IMG/VR virus record: IMGVR_UViG_3300049793_000366
Span: 1 to 64,000 of that record
Direction: 5' to 3' (one strand)
Length of the DNA: 64,000 nt
Below, one piece after another: positions 40,701 to 50,946 of this stretch. The first letter of the stretch is position 1. Every line of letters starts with the position of its first letter. The notes under the pieces are model-generated. The model was not told the origin of the DNA. It saw nothing but the letters and a program-made list of their open reading frames with translations, and ran no database searches. The position numbers were made by a program, and so were the translations under genes.

Positions 40701-43493
40701 ATATGATACCCATATATCACCATTACTTTCGTTGATAGATAAGTCAAAAGCAATTCTACCAGAAGGTAAGTTTATAGTAGTTATAATTGTATTTAAAATA
40801 GGGTCTATACAGAACAATTGTGTCTGAGTTAAAGCATATAAATAATTATTAATAGGATTAAATCCTAATGATACAGATTGTGTATTACCACCTAAGTTAA
40901 TAACACTTATTTGTGCGCCATTGTTAGCATCGATAACTGTTATGTTATCACCCAACGCGAATATAGATTGAGATAAATGTACATATTCAATGTCAACCAT
41001 ATTATCTTGACCCACATAAGTGTAAGTATTGTATGTATTTAATGAGTTATAGTTAATGCTGAATGAACTTGTTCCAAACGCACCAATCATATAAGGACCA
41101 GCAGTTCCAGAAATAACTGGAATGATAGGACAACCAGTTTGACCAAATCCAGCATTGAACGCTAACGTAAAGAATGCTGATGTCAAACAAGCCTCATCAG
41201 TTGTTCCCCAAAACGGACCTTGATAACTAAGAGAGAATCTGAATGGATCTAAGTATGTAATATTGTACTGTTGATTCTGTACCTGATGTACTGTATTTTG
41301 TACAGATACTAACATACCCGTAGCGAAACCAGCTTCTTCTAAAGAAACAGTACCGTATGACGATGATGTACCACTTATTATAACTTCGTTAGAAGTAATT
41401 AACGAACCATTATTACCCTTGAATTGTTTAAGTATTGAAACTGATTTCTGACCAGGTAAAAATGCTTTACCCAATTTGATGTCTAAGTTTACTCTTTGAT
41501 GCATACTATTAACATCAAACTCTAATGTGTTGTTTATATTAATTACACGTATTTGAAAATCTCTTAACTCATCAGCATATTCATCAACCCAATCAGCTAA
41601 TGTTTGAGCTATTGTACCGTTGAATAACTTAGTATAAGTTCTGTTATTTACAGTGATAGTAACGAAGTTACCCATGTCATAGAAAATAACTTTAGTATGT
41701 GGGATATCAAAATCTGCCGTTGTACCAACTTCAACTGAGAAGTCAAATGGTACGTTAGGATATTCAGTTCTTAAATTAATTGTGTTGTAATAAATCGATG
41801 GAACTGAACCAATGTATGTTAAATCTGCGATTATACCCAATGATACCAATCTTGAGAAATATGATGTATACCAATTTCTTAAGGTCTTATCTATTGTACG
41901 AGCCATATCAACGTTGACACCAATGTAAACCCATTCGATGTCCATATCGTATACCATACCATTTATTCTTACGATAATACCAAATTCATCAATATCAGTG
42001 AATATTATATCATAGTCAAAATTCTCAGATTTATTCTTATTTAATTCAGTTGTTAGTTCTTCTTTAACAGTTGTAAATTTTTCATAGTGTAGAGATGGTA
42101 TTGTCTTATCAACTAAACTAGGTCCGAATAAGTATTTAACTTCTGCGTATTTAGATGGGTAATGTAGTTTCGAAACAAGTTCATTAGTAGTCTCATCGTA
42201 GAATAAATCTATATTGAAAATACTGAAATCAGCCTTGAATTTCTCAGCAGCACCAGCTAAAGTATAAGCAGTAGATGATGTACCTGATGATGTACCACTT
42301 GTTGAAACAGTAGCAACGTGTGTGAAGAACAGATGATTACTTGTAAGGTATACATCAGTGTTCAATAATGTTTCATTGATTAATGGTTGTTCTATTGGTA
42401 AATATGTAGGTGCTGACCAACGTGTAGTATCTAAAGGAGATACAGTTAAGCCAACGCTTTGTGTATATGCTTGAATACACTGGAATATTTTATTATTAAA
42501 TAATACTTGTGATTGTGTAGCATAGTAATTAGGCGCACCAAATGGAGCAATAGCCGCTACTTTATAGAAATTAGTATTGGATATTGATGATGGTACTTTA
42601 AACTCAACACCTGGCTTTAAATAGCTTGGTATAGTCGATGAAAATCCGATTATATTAGAAGTTGAATTGAATACTAAACCACCAGTATATACTTTTGGTA
42701 AATCAGTGAATAACAATAATTCAATTGCTATATCATCCGATGATACAGTTGTTCCCTTTGTTCTATATTGATTATAAATTTTATCATATGAGTCCTTATT
42801 CTCAACAGACACAACCTTTTCATTGTACGTTGTATTAATAAGAGATAACTTCTTTCCATTATAAAGCTTATCATAGAAAGTAGGCTCAGACCAGAAAGAT
42901 ATTAAGTTAGTAAATGTTACCGATTCAATATAATCATAAACACCAACAGCATTTACACCACTGATTGATATATTTTGAAACGATGATGTTGCAGAATAAG
43001 ATGCGTTCCATGTTGTTTCGAATGTAGCATTATCCACATTTGAAATAATCATAATTGCTCCTTTTTTAGTATTAACTACTGTGAAGCATTCATTTGGATT
43101 ACCAAATTCAAATATATTCTGATTGAATTTTACTTGAGACCCAATTGGGTATTTAGTTTCGAAGTCAAAACCATATATCCATTTAGAATAGAATGATGGG
43201 TCTGGATTTGTAGGTTCAATCTTTGTTACAGACTGTGTAGTATAGTTATTACCATAGAAGTTAAATCCATATTCATTGAATAATTGATATTTATCTAATT
43301 GTAAGTCACCTGGTATTTCATAATCAAATGCTGGGATTTTCTCAAACATATATAGACCAATGGTCTTGAATGTATCAGATGAATTTTCGTGAAATATAAC
43401 ATTCCCTTCGAATCTTTCCGCTGGTTCATTGTACGCGAAGTTCATATAATCACCTTCTTTGTTAAACCAGATTAAATTTTTATGTTGACTCAT
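37770..43493 (-). CDS. large baseplate/structural protein with beta-propeller and CBM-like repeats
   Basis: 1907 aa; YVTN-like NPINNYLY/NPYTTNLY repeats; W....Y..G..[IV].Y....YE modules; GSYKAIINAINFFGY wedge-like segment; TAATATATA upstream. Confidence 0.65.
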   Translation of the reverse strand: MSQHKNLIWFNKEGDYMNFAYNEPAERFEGNVIFHENSSDTFKTIGLYMFEKIPAFDYEIPGDLQLDKYQLFNEYGFNFYGNNYTTQSVTKIEPTNPDPSFYSKWIYGFDFETKYPIGSQVKFNQNIFEFGNPNECFTVVNTKKGAIMIISNVDNATFETTWNASYSATSSFQNISISGVNAVGVYDYIESVTFTNLISFWSEPTFYDKLYNGKKLSLINTTYNEKVVSVENKDSYDKIYNQYRTKGTTVSSDDIAIELLLFTDLPKVYTGGLVFNSTSNIIGFSSTIPSYLKPGVEFKVPSSISNTNFYKVAAIAPFGAPNYYATQSQVLFNNKIFQCIQAYTQSVGLTVSPLDTTRWSAPTYLPIEQPLINETLLNTDVYLTSNHLFFTHVATVSTSGTSSGTSSTAYTLAGAAEKFKADFSIFNIDLFYDETTNELVSKLHYPSKYAEVKYLFGPSLVDKTIPSLHYEKFTTVKEELTTELNKNKSENFDYDIIFTDIDEFGIIVRINGMVYDMDIEWVYIGVNVDMARTIDKTLRNWYTSYFSRLVSLGIIADLTYIGSVPSIYYNTINLRTEYPNVPFDFSVEVGTTADFDIPHTKVIFYDMGNFVTITVNNRTYTKLFNGTIAQTLADWVDEYADELRDFQIRVININNTLEFDVNSMHQRVNLDIKLGKAFLPGQKSVSILKQFKGNNGSLITSNEVIISGTSSSYGTVSLEEAGFATGMLVSVQNTVHQVQNQQYNITYLDPFRFSLSYQGPFWGTTDEACLTSAFFTLAFNAGFGQTGCPIIPVISGTAGPYMIGAFGTSSFSINYNSLNTYNTYTYVGQDNMVDIEYVHLSQSIFALGDNITVIDANNGAQISVINLGGNTQSVSLGFNPINNYLYALTQTQLFCIDPILNTIITTINLPSGRIAFDLSINESNGDIWVSYSNYQGLNFWTSGNSMGPVVQTLGFGSGNTYKLQFNTFDNDVYVTTDTNTLLQIDGATRAIQASYSVPNLKHQLYFDDLGNYIYGFDNNTFRIISGSISSLLPASGTNNSMVVNPYTTNLYQSGDNNNYYSFDQSGNLNYTMLMGNWGPLEVNQYDTDIYMACQGTNNVLVIDPIVGQIKQTILVPDVMSKIIYNPRRRSMWGIMPATDQISEVSVTLGSTITLLPGNYATANAGNMYGTLDPNYVQKQNFWIKTREYLRRPRENFEGDSQVSYKWKWVDDTKPDMFIYDFSGTQLPITGSYAYVGPKPLTKISLINSPNKDINKVALPEYQQTVFDEITYELDYIDSTENVSFMPEPLELFVGFNSLDEGVYQSTLQLMKVENIVLDITSDNVSNNTLTFTSSFDANSGLTYSYIYLDVNSLEVFTGNGLQKGQRIKVSLKDTTNVKKQFISFNNGKQFIIDQIYTRILVLLPFEGGSDLVPEKTIVDDYPVVGKTAYLKTTITVMDREIARFNVIGQTEIEDVRYDIELTNVGKNVTSQDVFIFKEYDINEQGVDWNYLNKKRKEMLMTRHDIFPYVGSYKAIINAINFFGYNDLELYEYYRNVNKRSINNGKLFKVEIPDIFDNTVEGWTPKDFLSHTLPNPNFDGTNLFNLTYHITDKEGNYILMYSIDEVVIKLLGLKRWLQRNVIPISHKILDITGRTDFVGEKTITHRNNDIAIFNVKQSMVPVDFDINEAYVMPINSGSSVFNVAIDFKSATMSDMPDYFNVNIRTYQTYKEWLPFENYTVGSRIQYLGKLYESATGSSAVPNRTINPKKHEGIQEWRPDRAYLLGQLVSYNSNVYEYGFTSSATMSATSSGTASYLTGVPYSATNEWFNITEWREINLSPVQTFNEYRVGGDLTQYHFTVDTLIDPYILVEVTSDNGYGQIYTSKKNYELRPPNNLIVENIDTTQVAPTVVVTNLNTAYSSAFSSSFS

Positions 43494-43519
43494 CTCTGTT
43501 CCCGATTCTGAATTTTATG

Positions 43520-43555
43520 TATATATTATTTGTTAGCCGTTACATTTAATATATA
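43520..43555. promoter_or_regulatory. back-to-back TAATATATA motifs
   Basis: Minus 43520-43528, plus 43547-43555. Confidence 0.6.
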
Positions 43556-43560
43556 AACAC

Positions 43561-43950
43561 ATGAGATTCTTAAAGAAATTTAAAGAGGTATTTAAAAAAC
43601 CAGAAGATAAGAAGGAGACAAATGAAATTTTGCTCAAAAAGCTAGAATCCGAGGTAGATGTTTACTTTCAAGGATTGATTGACGAGAGTGAATTATGGGA
43701 AAAGGAAGTTGAATATAGTTTCATAACTGGTATACAAACATTACAAATTGCTTTCAGATTCAATGAAGAAGATAAAGCTGTTATGAGAAATAATATGGTT
43801 TCTCTAAAAAAGGAAGCAAAAAGATGTTGTTCAGTACTTATGAGTGACCATCCATATATAAAATTTGAAATATATGCTGGGCCAGATATATCAATAGCTT
43901 TTGATGAGCTACAAATACACATAACAATAGAGAATGAAAGGACTAATTAA
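43561..43950 (+). CDS. hypothetical protein, N-terminal MRFLKKFKE
   Basis: N-terminal motif; TAATATATA at 43547. Confidence 0.7.
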   Translation: MRFLKKFKEVFKKPEDKKETNEILLKKLESEVDVYFQGLIDESELWEKEVEYSFITGIQTLQIAFRFNEEDKAVMRNNMVSLKKEAKRCCSVLMSDHPYIKFEIYAGPDISIAFDELQIHITIENERTN

Positions 43951-44377
43951 GAAATTCAATGACTATATAAAGTCTATAAATCCGGAAGAAAAAGAACCTA
44001 TTGACCCAAGAACTTTAAAATTGGAAGACATCAATAGACATTTTCAACTACTATGTGATACAGCATCAAATATTAGATTTAGTGAAAATGATTCATTCAG
44101 CATACCAACTCTACAAGGGCATCTTGGATATCCATGTATTGCTGTTGTGTATGAATTCACAGGGGAAGAAGTAGATGAGTTCGATTCGTGTGCTAAATAT
44201 GCAAATAGAGCATCAAATATATTTGAAAAGGAAACAGAATTTACAGTATATGTAGAAGAAGGAACTATAAATGATTATGTATATGGTTTGGATAATAATC
44301 CAGTAGAAAAGGTTATTGGTAAAACCATTATAATTAAAATCTTTAATAAAAAAATACCAAATGTACGTGCGAGATAG
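43934..44377 (+). CDS. hypothetical protein, N-terminal MKGLIKKFND
   Basis: N-terminal motif. Confidence 0.65.
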   Translation: MKGLIKKFNDYIKSINPEEKEPIDPRTLKLEDINRHFQLLCDTASNIRFSENDSFSIPTLQGHLGYPCIAVVYEFTGEEVDEFDSCAKYANRASNIFEKETEFTVYVEEGTINDYVYGLDNNPVEKVIGKTIIIKIFNKKIPNVRAR

Positions 44378-44780
44378 TAGGAATATTAAAAAATTCGTAG
44401 ATTATTACAAGAATGATAAGAATATATCAGGTGATGATAATAGGAAGCTAGTCAAATATGTAGACGAGAATATGATGTTTGACTTCAAAGACAATGATAT
44501 CGAATATAGTATATATGGTCACTACGACTTTAACTACGGTAGTTATCAGGGTTTAGTTGTTCAAATATTCAGACATAGTAATAGTGATTCAGAACTTGGT
44601 GCTTGCTTCAATGGTAAGGAAAATTGCGTAATCTATGATGATGCGTGTCCATTATATCCATATATACTTAAGCTACACCAAAAGGTAAATACTCTTATTA
44701 AGACTGAGCTTCATGTTGAGTCAGACACAACAGTAGTTACTATTACTTTTAGTTTTCTGGATGGCAAAATTAATATATAA
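44361..44780 (+). CDS. hypothetical protein (RNIKKFVDY near N-terminus)
   Basis: Variant of the N-terminal motif. Confidence 0.65.
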   Translation: MYVRDSRNIKKFVDYYKNDKNISGDDNRKLVKYVDENMMFDFKDNDIEYSIYGHYDFNYGSYQGLVVQIFRHSNSDSELGACFNGKENCVIYDDACPLYPYILKLHQKVNTLIKTELHVESDTTVVTITFSFLDGKINI

Positions 44781-44798
44781 CAAAAATAAAGCATCTGA

Positions 44799-46202
44799 AT
44801 GAAAAAGTGGATTAAATCTTTCGAATCATTTAAGCAAACATATGAGGCATTTTCATCGAGAGATAAAGAAGCCGCAATTGTTCAGGTATTATCCTACATC
44901 AAGAATAATACAGAGATTGACTTCTACCCATACGGTGAACATTTCAACATAGAAAAAGGTCCCAGAAGCTTTCAAGGTGAACTATATTTATCAATAATGT
45001 CTGAGAAAGCTATACGCTTTAACTGGGCTATTGATTCAACTCGCTCAGAGATACATTCTATTGATTTATGGAGTAACTTTAGCTTTGATTCTAATCCTGA
45101 TTATACATTAGAATTGAATGGTAATTCAATTATACAAGTACTTAAACAAGTATTCACATTCTACATTAGTCCGGAAGATTCTTTAGCGAAAGCAAAATAC
45201 GAACAAGAATTAGAATTACAAGAAGGTAAGTTAAATGAAGAAATTCTTAGAAAAGCATTAGATGATGAAAAGGCAAGATTGTCTAAAATGTCAAATGCTG
45301 AAGCTATTGAAAAGCAGAAGAAACTTATTAGTACCATCGAAGCACATTTGGCTGACCCTGAGTTTACAACAACTTATACAATTGAAGAAGCTGAGGTAGA
45401 AGCTAAGAAGGATCCTAAAATGGATGTATTCAAAACAATTGAATTAAATACAATTCAGGTTGCTCGTGGTAGGTCAAATTCATTGATTATAACAGGACAA
45501 GCCGGTATCGGTAAGACTAATACTGTAACTGAGACTTTGAGTAGTATTGGTTTAAGACAAGGTACTGCTTACTTTAAAGCAACTGGTGATATTTCAACAC
45601 CAGGATTATATGAGATTTTATTCAAATATCGTAAACGTTTAATATTATTCGATGATTGTGATGCGGTTTTTAATGACCCTGATTCAGTGAATATGTTAAA
45701 GGGTGCTTTAGATACTTATGAAAAAAGAACCGTAACAAATCTTAAAAAGGGTTCATCATACTATGATGCCGAAGGAAAAGATGATATGGAGTTAGATGAA
45801 ATATATGACAAAGACGGTAAGCTACCAAAAAGCTTTATCTTTCAGGGTCAAATTATTTTCGTGTCTAATTTACCAGAAAATAAATTTGATGCTGCTATCA
45901 TTTCACGTTCATTACACGTAGATGTGACTTTATCAAGAGAAGAAGTAATTAAACGAATAAGACAAATTATGGTTAGAATTTCACCAGAAGTTGAACCAGT
46001 TAAAAGAGAAGAAGCTTTCGCATATTTATTAGAGATAACAGCTAATTATCCTACTAAATTTGATTTGAACATCAGAACATTAATACACACTATTAATCTT
46101 CGTTCAAGTCCGGAAAATGAAGAAATCATCACAGTGGCAGATGTTTCGATGCCTGCATGGAGATGGTTGGTTAAACAATACCTCATTAAGGATAAAAAAT
46201 AA
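44799..46202 (+). CDS. AAA+ ATPase with N-terminal MKKWIKSFESF leader
   Basis: Walker A GQAGIGKT, Walker B LILFDDCD, IIFVSN sensor, AIISRS Arg finger. Confidence 0.8.
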   Translation: MKKWIKSFESFKQTYEAFSSRDKEAAIVQVLSYIKNNTEIDFYPYGEHFNIEKGPRSFQGELYLSIMSEKAIRFNWAIDSTRSEIHSIDLWSNFSFDSNPDYTLELNGNSIIQVLKQVFTFYISPEDSLAKAKYEQELELQEGKLNEEILRKALDDEKARLSKMSNAEAIEKQKKLISTIEAHLADPEFTTTYTIEEAEVEAKKDPKMDVFKTIELNTIQVARGRSNSLIITGQAGIGKTNTVTETLSSIGLRQGTAYFKATGDISTPGLYEILFKYRKRLILFDDCDAVFNDPDSVNMLKGALDTYEKRTVTNLKKGSSYYDAEGKDDMELDEIYDKDGKLPKSFIFQGQIIFVSNLPENKFDAAIISRSLHVDVTLSREEVIKRIRQIMVRISPEVEPVKREEAFAYLLEITANYPTKFDLNIRTLIHTINLRSSPENEEIITVADVSMPAWRWLVKQYLIKDKK

Positions 46203-46213
46203 CACACTATGTA

Positions 46214-46357
46214 ATGAAAAAACAAGCAAGCAATGCCACCTCAAGTGGACTTTCTAAACCGAAAATTAAAAGAAGTGGTATTCATTCTAAGAAGAAACAC
46301 TCTGCTAGTAAAAGGTCTAAGAATTACAAAAAGAAGTATAGAGGACAAGGTAGATAA
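46214..46357 (+). CDS. small, very basic protein (47 aa, not in ORF track)
   Basis: MKKQASNATSSGLSKPKIKRSGIHSKKKHSASKRSKNYKKKYRGQGR. Confidence 0.7.
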   Translation: MKKQASNATSSGLSKPKIKRSGIHSKKKHSASKRSKNYKKKYRGQGR

Positions 46358-46375
46358 TCTTGTCACAATAATAGC

Positions 46376-48112
46376 ATGAAATACATAAGAAGCAGACAAA
46401 CCCATTTGACATTGGAAGAAGCAAAGCTTCGTGATGTTTTACTTGAACCACAAAAGAGGCGAGTTGCCGCAGTTTGGGGTGATAAGTATTTAGATTATGA
46501 AGAGATTGAACCTACTAAAAAGATAACACAGGGTAAATGGAAGCTATCTGATGAAGATAGAGATAAGGCTATTAATGAGTTTTTCGCAACAGATTATAAA
46601 TGGGTAATGGATTCATTGAATTCACTTCCTGATGAGTTTGTGACGGCGGCACAGAAATGCTTATCACCGGATAATAGAACAGTTGAGTCTTGGATGCTTA
46701 GTAGATTAAAAAAAGCATTCAATACAAGCGAATTCAATATTCGAAGACTAAGTATTTCACAATTATCAAGTTTTAATTTTCCAATATTTGCGTTGATTAG
46801 TGCTTCTGAAACAAAAGCAGATTCAAAAATTGTAAGAGATGAAGCCGGAAAGCCAATAAAAGATGAAGCTGGTAATATGATGCGCGAACCTAAAGAGGTT
46901 GGTGAAATTGTACGTTCTGGTAATTTTGGTAATATCAACACATTCATAAATTCTTACAATGCGGCTTTCCCATCTAAGAAGATAAGCGAAGACTTATTTA
47001 CTAATGAGAATTTTGCAAATATTGTTAATATGGTTAATGATAATCCTGATGTAATGGATTTTGATTTATTTGGAAATCACGACATATACTTGATGATTGA
47101 GCATAACGCTGTTCATATTATGAATATGTCAGTGTCTAAGTTTTATAAATCATGTCAGGAGTTATACTTCGGTGGTGGTCACGGTACTGAATATATGATT
47201 AACTTACTAATGAATGTATTTGACCCAAATACAATTCCTGCTTTTTTAGTTTTTGATACACCATATTATAACGTATCACAAGGTGGTGGTGAAAAAGAAA
47301 AATTATCTGATGTTCTACCACTATGTAGAAGATTAATTAGGTCAATTGAAGGATTTGATTGTGAATATGATGATAAGTCTGAGCCAGTATTATTTTTTGA
47401 TAAATGTTATCCTGAAAGAATGTCTGATGTCGCACAAGATATCATTGAGAAATACAGTCATAATTTTAGAACAGAACAAGGTATTAGAAGTTACATATTA
47501 GCACCAGATATTGATATGTCTGATGCTGATTCTATGAGCGACCCTTATATGGATCACTTATCTATAACTAAAAAACAGAGAATTGGTAGAAATACTAAAT
47601 GTATTTATTTAAGCAGAAACATTGATTGGCGTAATGTTATCATTACACCAAATACGGTAGTTAAGGAAATCATTGTTGAAACAACAAAGTTACCGTCTAA
47701 TTTCTTCGAACATAATATAAAATCAGATTGGGTTAAGTTTAAATACTTAAAGATAGATGACTTCACTCCATTTAAAAACTTACTAACTGATTCAATAGCA
47801 TTTTATCAATGTAATTTGAATAGTGATTTTATATCACAGTTAAAAGAAGCTTGTCCAAATATTAAAAAATTATCACTGGGTTCAGTTGATGCTAATATTA
47901 AAAATTTAAGCATCTTAGAAAATATAGAAGAATTAGAATTAATTTATTCTCTGTCTCGTAGAGATAAAATAGAAGAGTACATTGGTGGATTAAATAATTT
48001 AAAGAAACTAACATTATCAGGTGATTTAACAAAGAATCCATCTAATGTTGAGTATATTTCACGATTAAGAAAAAGTGAAGTAATAGTAGAATTAAAGGGA
48101 TTGGTTATATAA
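46376..48112 (+). CDS. hypothetical protein with C-terminal leucine-rich repeats
   Basis: MKYIRS..LEE start; CPNIKKLSL, LENIEELEL, LNNLKKLTL. Confidence 0.65.
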   Translation: MKYIRSRQTHLTLEEAKLRDVLLEPQKRRVAAVWGDKYLDYEEIEPTKKITQGKWKLSDEDRDKAINEFFATDYKWVMDSLNSLPDEFVTAAQKCLSPDNRTVESWMLSRLKKAFNTSEFNIRRLSISQLSSFNFPIFALISASETKADSKIVRDEAGKPIKDEAGNMMREPKEVGEIVRSGNFGNINTFINSYNAAFPSKKISEDLFTNENFANIVNMVNDNPDVMDFDLFGNHDIYLMIEHNAVHIMNMSVSKFYKSCQELYFGGGHGTEYMINLLMNVFDPNTIPAFLVFDTPYYNVSQGGGEKEKLSDVLPLCRRLIRSIEGFDCEYDDKSEPVLFFDKCYPERMSDVAQDIIEKYSHNFRTEQGIRSYILAPDIDMSDADSMSDPYMDHLSITKKQRIGRNTKCIYLSRNIDWRNVIITPNTVVKEIIVETTKLPSNFFEHNIKSDWVKFKYLKIDDFTPFKNLLTDSIAFYQCNLNSDFISQLKEACPNIKKLSLGSVDANIKNLSILENIEELELIYSLSRRDKIEEYIGGLNNLKKLTLSGDLTKNPSNVEYISRLRKSEVIVELKGLVI

Positions 48113-48113
48113 T

Positions 48114-49772
48114 ATGAGAAAATTACTTTTATATGAAGCTTTCACAGCTAAGTCTATTGTTAAAACAATAGGATTTTTGAAAAAGAATGTCGGAGACGAA
48201 GGTACTCAAGAATTCATATCAGCACTAAAAGATATGAGAACTGCGTTTGATATATCAATCGATAAGATTGATGACCAATACATGGATTACATGGGTAAGA
48301 AAGATGCTTTAGCTATATCCGGAAAAACAGATGACCCAGAGGATAAAGAAGGTATTTTTTGTTTAAAGTTTTGGTTCTCAACTGAACTTGGATTTTTGGG
48401 ATATACTGGAACTGGTAATACTGAATTTAAATTTAATGATCCAGAACTTATTATTAGATTAAAACAAAATGGTATTCCAACACCATCTATATTAGAAAGC
48501 ATTGGTATAAAGAGTGGTGTTGTTACGCCATTGGGTGATGATGACGATATGTTTCAGGATTTAAAAACCGGAGATACAATAGTTGGTTACTTCGATGAAG
48601 ATAGAAAAGATAGTAGATTCTCTAAAGCTACTATATTTGTTGATAAAAGACATGATGATAGAATATTTGTATATGCTATACAAGATGTAACAGATGGTAA
48701 TACACCTGAGAATGAGGGTTGGGAGCAATACGGTAGCTATGGTCACGTCATATACACTTATAATAGAGGTAAAAGAGATGATTGTAGAGATATTTGTTTA
48801 TACACTAATGATGATAGTCCTTTAAAATTAGGAAATGAAATATTAGGTGACGATGCTAATAATCCACTTAAGCATAACCTACCATTTGATAAATATAAAC
48901 ACATAACAGATTGGAATGTAGAAAGCCATAGAAGTATGAGTACTGCTAAATTAAAAAAGGCTGACTTCGCTATTATACTTTATGTAAATGACTTGAAGAA
49001 GTCTGATTTAGTAAAGCCAAGCACGGTAATGAGTTATAGAGAAAAGTCAAAAGAAGGTGCATCAAGACTATTAACAAATGATGAGTATAGAGCAATTAAT
49101 TTACAGAGATATGTTGAGCATATTGCTAAGTCTATTGGTATATCAGCAAAAGATATTAATTTTAAAAATTTAGAAAAATTACCAAAAAGTTTATTAGCTG
49201 GTAAATTTGCTTTAGTAGCATTAAAAGGAACTGACGTAATACGTAAGTTAAATTCATTTATTGATTCTACTAATAACTTATTCAAAACGTATAAAGCATA
49301 CCAAGAAAGTGGTGGAGAAGTAGATTTGGATTATTACTTTGATGATTTCAAAAGACTTTACTTTAGTGTTATGAGAGATAATAATCATCATAGATATGAT
49401 GTCAATTACAACGAATGTATTAGAGTATTAGATGAGTCGGGTCATCGTAATACCGAAAGAGTAAAAGGATTATTAGCTAAGATAATTAGCATTGGTGAAA
49501 TGATACAACAATATATTGGTAGCGAACCAATAACAACACCAACACATCTTAAGATGCTTAAATTTAAGTTGGATAACATCAGAGATGTATCAACAACAGA
49601 TGAGTTTGGTATTGATGGTAGATTAGACTATTGGATAGACCATTTACATTATGCTGATTCAGATAGTCCAGTTTCGGATGCTGAACGCTTATTAAATCAC
49701 AGTGATGAGCAACTACAAACATATGAAGAGAATTTAGATAATTTATCTACATACATTCGTAGTTTAACTTAA
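48114..49772 (+). CDS. hypothetical protein, N-terminal MRKLLLYEAF
   Basis: 552-aa ORF; variant of the N-terminal motif. Confidence 0.7.
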   Translation: MRKLLLYEAFTAKSIVKTIGFLKKNVGDEGTQEFISALKDMRTAFDISIDKIDDQYMDYMGKKDALAISGKTDDPEDKEGIFCLKFWFSTELGFLGYTGTGNTEFKFNDPELIIRLKQNGIPTPSILESIGIKSGVVTPLGDDDDMFQDLKTGDTIVGYFDEDRKDSRFSKATIFVDKRHDDRIFVYAIQDVTDGNTPENEGWEQYGSYGHVIYTYNRGKRDDCRDICLYTNDDSPLKLGNEILGDDANNPLKHNLPFDKYKHITDWNVESHRSMSTAKLKKADFAIILYVNDLKKSDLVKPSTVMSYREKSKEGASRLLTNDEYRAINLQRYVEHIAKSIGISAKDINFKNLEKLPKSLLAGKFALVALKGTDVIRKLNSFIDSTNNLFKTYKAYQESGGEVDLDYYFDDFKRLYFSVMRDNNHHRYDVNYNECIRVLDESGHRNTERVKGLLAKIISIGEMIQQYIGSEPITTPTHLKMLKFKLDNIRDVSTTDEFGIDGRLDYWIDHLHYADSDSPVSDAERLLNHSDEQLQTYEENLDNLSTYIRSLT

Positions 49773-50884
49773 TCTTCCTTTTTGAATTTATAATTTGTAT
49801 TGTAAATATCAATGATGTGTTCATATTCACCCAATACACCTAATTTGGTTTTATCCGCATCATATGTTTGTTGCTGAATGTAATCTTTAATCATTGATTC
49901 AAATTCAAAGTTTGTTTCAGTTGTGAATTCTGTTTCACGTAATCCCTTTTCGACATCGGTTTCAACTTGCTTTGCTTCATTGATATCATCGATGTATTCT
50001 ACTGATGAAAATCCACCAGTTTCAAGAATTTTCTCAAGTTTTCGTCTAAGCTTACGGTTACCAATTAATAAAGAGTTAGAAATATATAAATCTATATAAT
50101 TATTAGTATTGATAACTCCCAAATCTTCTACATCCATCTCTGTTAATATTGATAGCTTTTCAAATCGAGGTGATAATGTATTAGGAATAAACTTCTCACT
50201 CATATCATCAAAATCCAATATGAATATACCCTTCTGGTTACTCATATCATTTCTATCCATCTCATAAGGAGAACCGACGAAGGTAAAGTTAGCACTTCTT
50301 TGTACTAAGTGAATATGCCCTGAGTACACTTTCTTGAAACCACCAAATTCAACAACTTCTATTTTATCTCTATTTTTATGAGCTACTGATTTAAGATGTA
50401 ATCTTGCGCCATTCAAATCAGAGTGACAGAATAAGTAATCACAACCACTATACTTACGCAATAGTGCTATTTGCTCATTCTTATGTTCAACCCAAGGCAT
50501 CATTAGAACATCCCTGTTATCGAATCTTACTTTAGTAGTAGTTTCATATAGTGTTATGTTTGGAATGAATTTAATAGACTTTGGTGAGTTTATATCATTG
50601 GTTGATTTATTTGAAATGTCGTGGTTACCAATCAACATATGAACTGGTAAGATTTGACCAATCTCTTCGAATAAGTCGATAACGGTGGATATTACTTCTA
50701 CCGGAATCTGATTTCTATTATCGAATAAGTCACCACAGTGTATTACGATATCACCCGGTAATGATTCTTTTTTTAAAAGAGGAATAAAAAATTCCTTAAA
50801 GTATTTTACCATCATTTTAAGCCATTTATCCGAGTTTATGGGATAAACACCAAAGTGGGTATCAGAAATTACAAATGCTCTCAT
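49769..50884 (-). CDS. recombination endonuclease (T4 gp47/SbcD/Mre11 family)
   Basis: ISDTHFG, GDLFDNR, GNHD, MMPW, SGHIH, VGSPY. Confidence 0.9.
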   Translation of the reverse strand: MRAFVISDTHFGVYPINSDKWLKMMVKYFKEFFIPLLKKESLPGDIVIHCGDLFDNRNQIPVEVISTVIDLFEEIGQILPVHMLIGNHDISNKSTNDINSPKSIKFIPNITLYETTTKVRFDNRDVLMMPWVEHKNEQIALLRKYSGCDYLFCHSDLNGARLHLKSVAHKNRDKIEVVEFGGFKKVYSGHIHLVQRSANFTFVGSPYEMDRNDMSNQKGIFILDFDDMSEKFIPNTLSPRFEKLSILTEMDVEDLGVINTNNYIDLYISNSLLIGNRKLRRKLEKILETGGFSSVEYIDDINEAKQVETDVEKGLRETEFTTETNFEFESMIKDYIQQQTYDADKTKLGVLGEYEHIIDIYNTNYKFKKED

Positions 50885-50946
50885 TTAATTAAAAAGTTCT
50901 TTTGTTATTGTATTGATAATCCACGCATTTGTTTAATATATAACAC

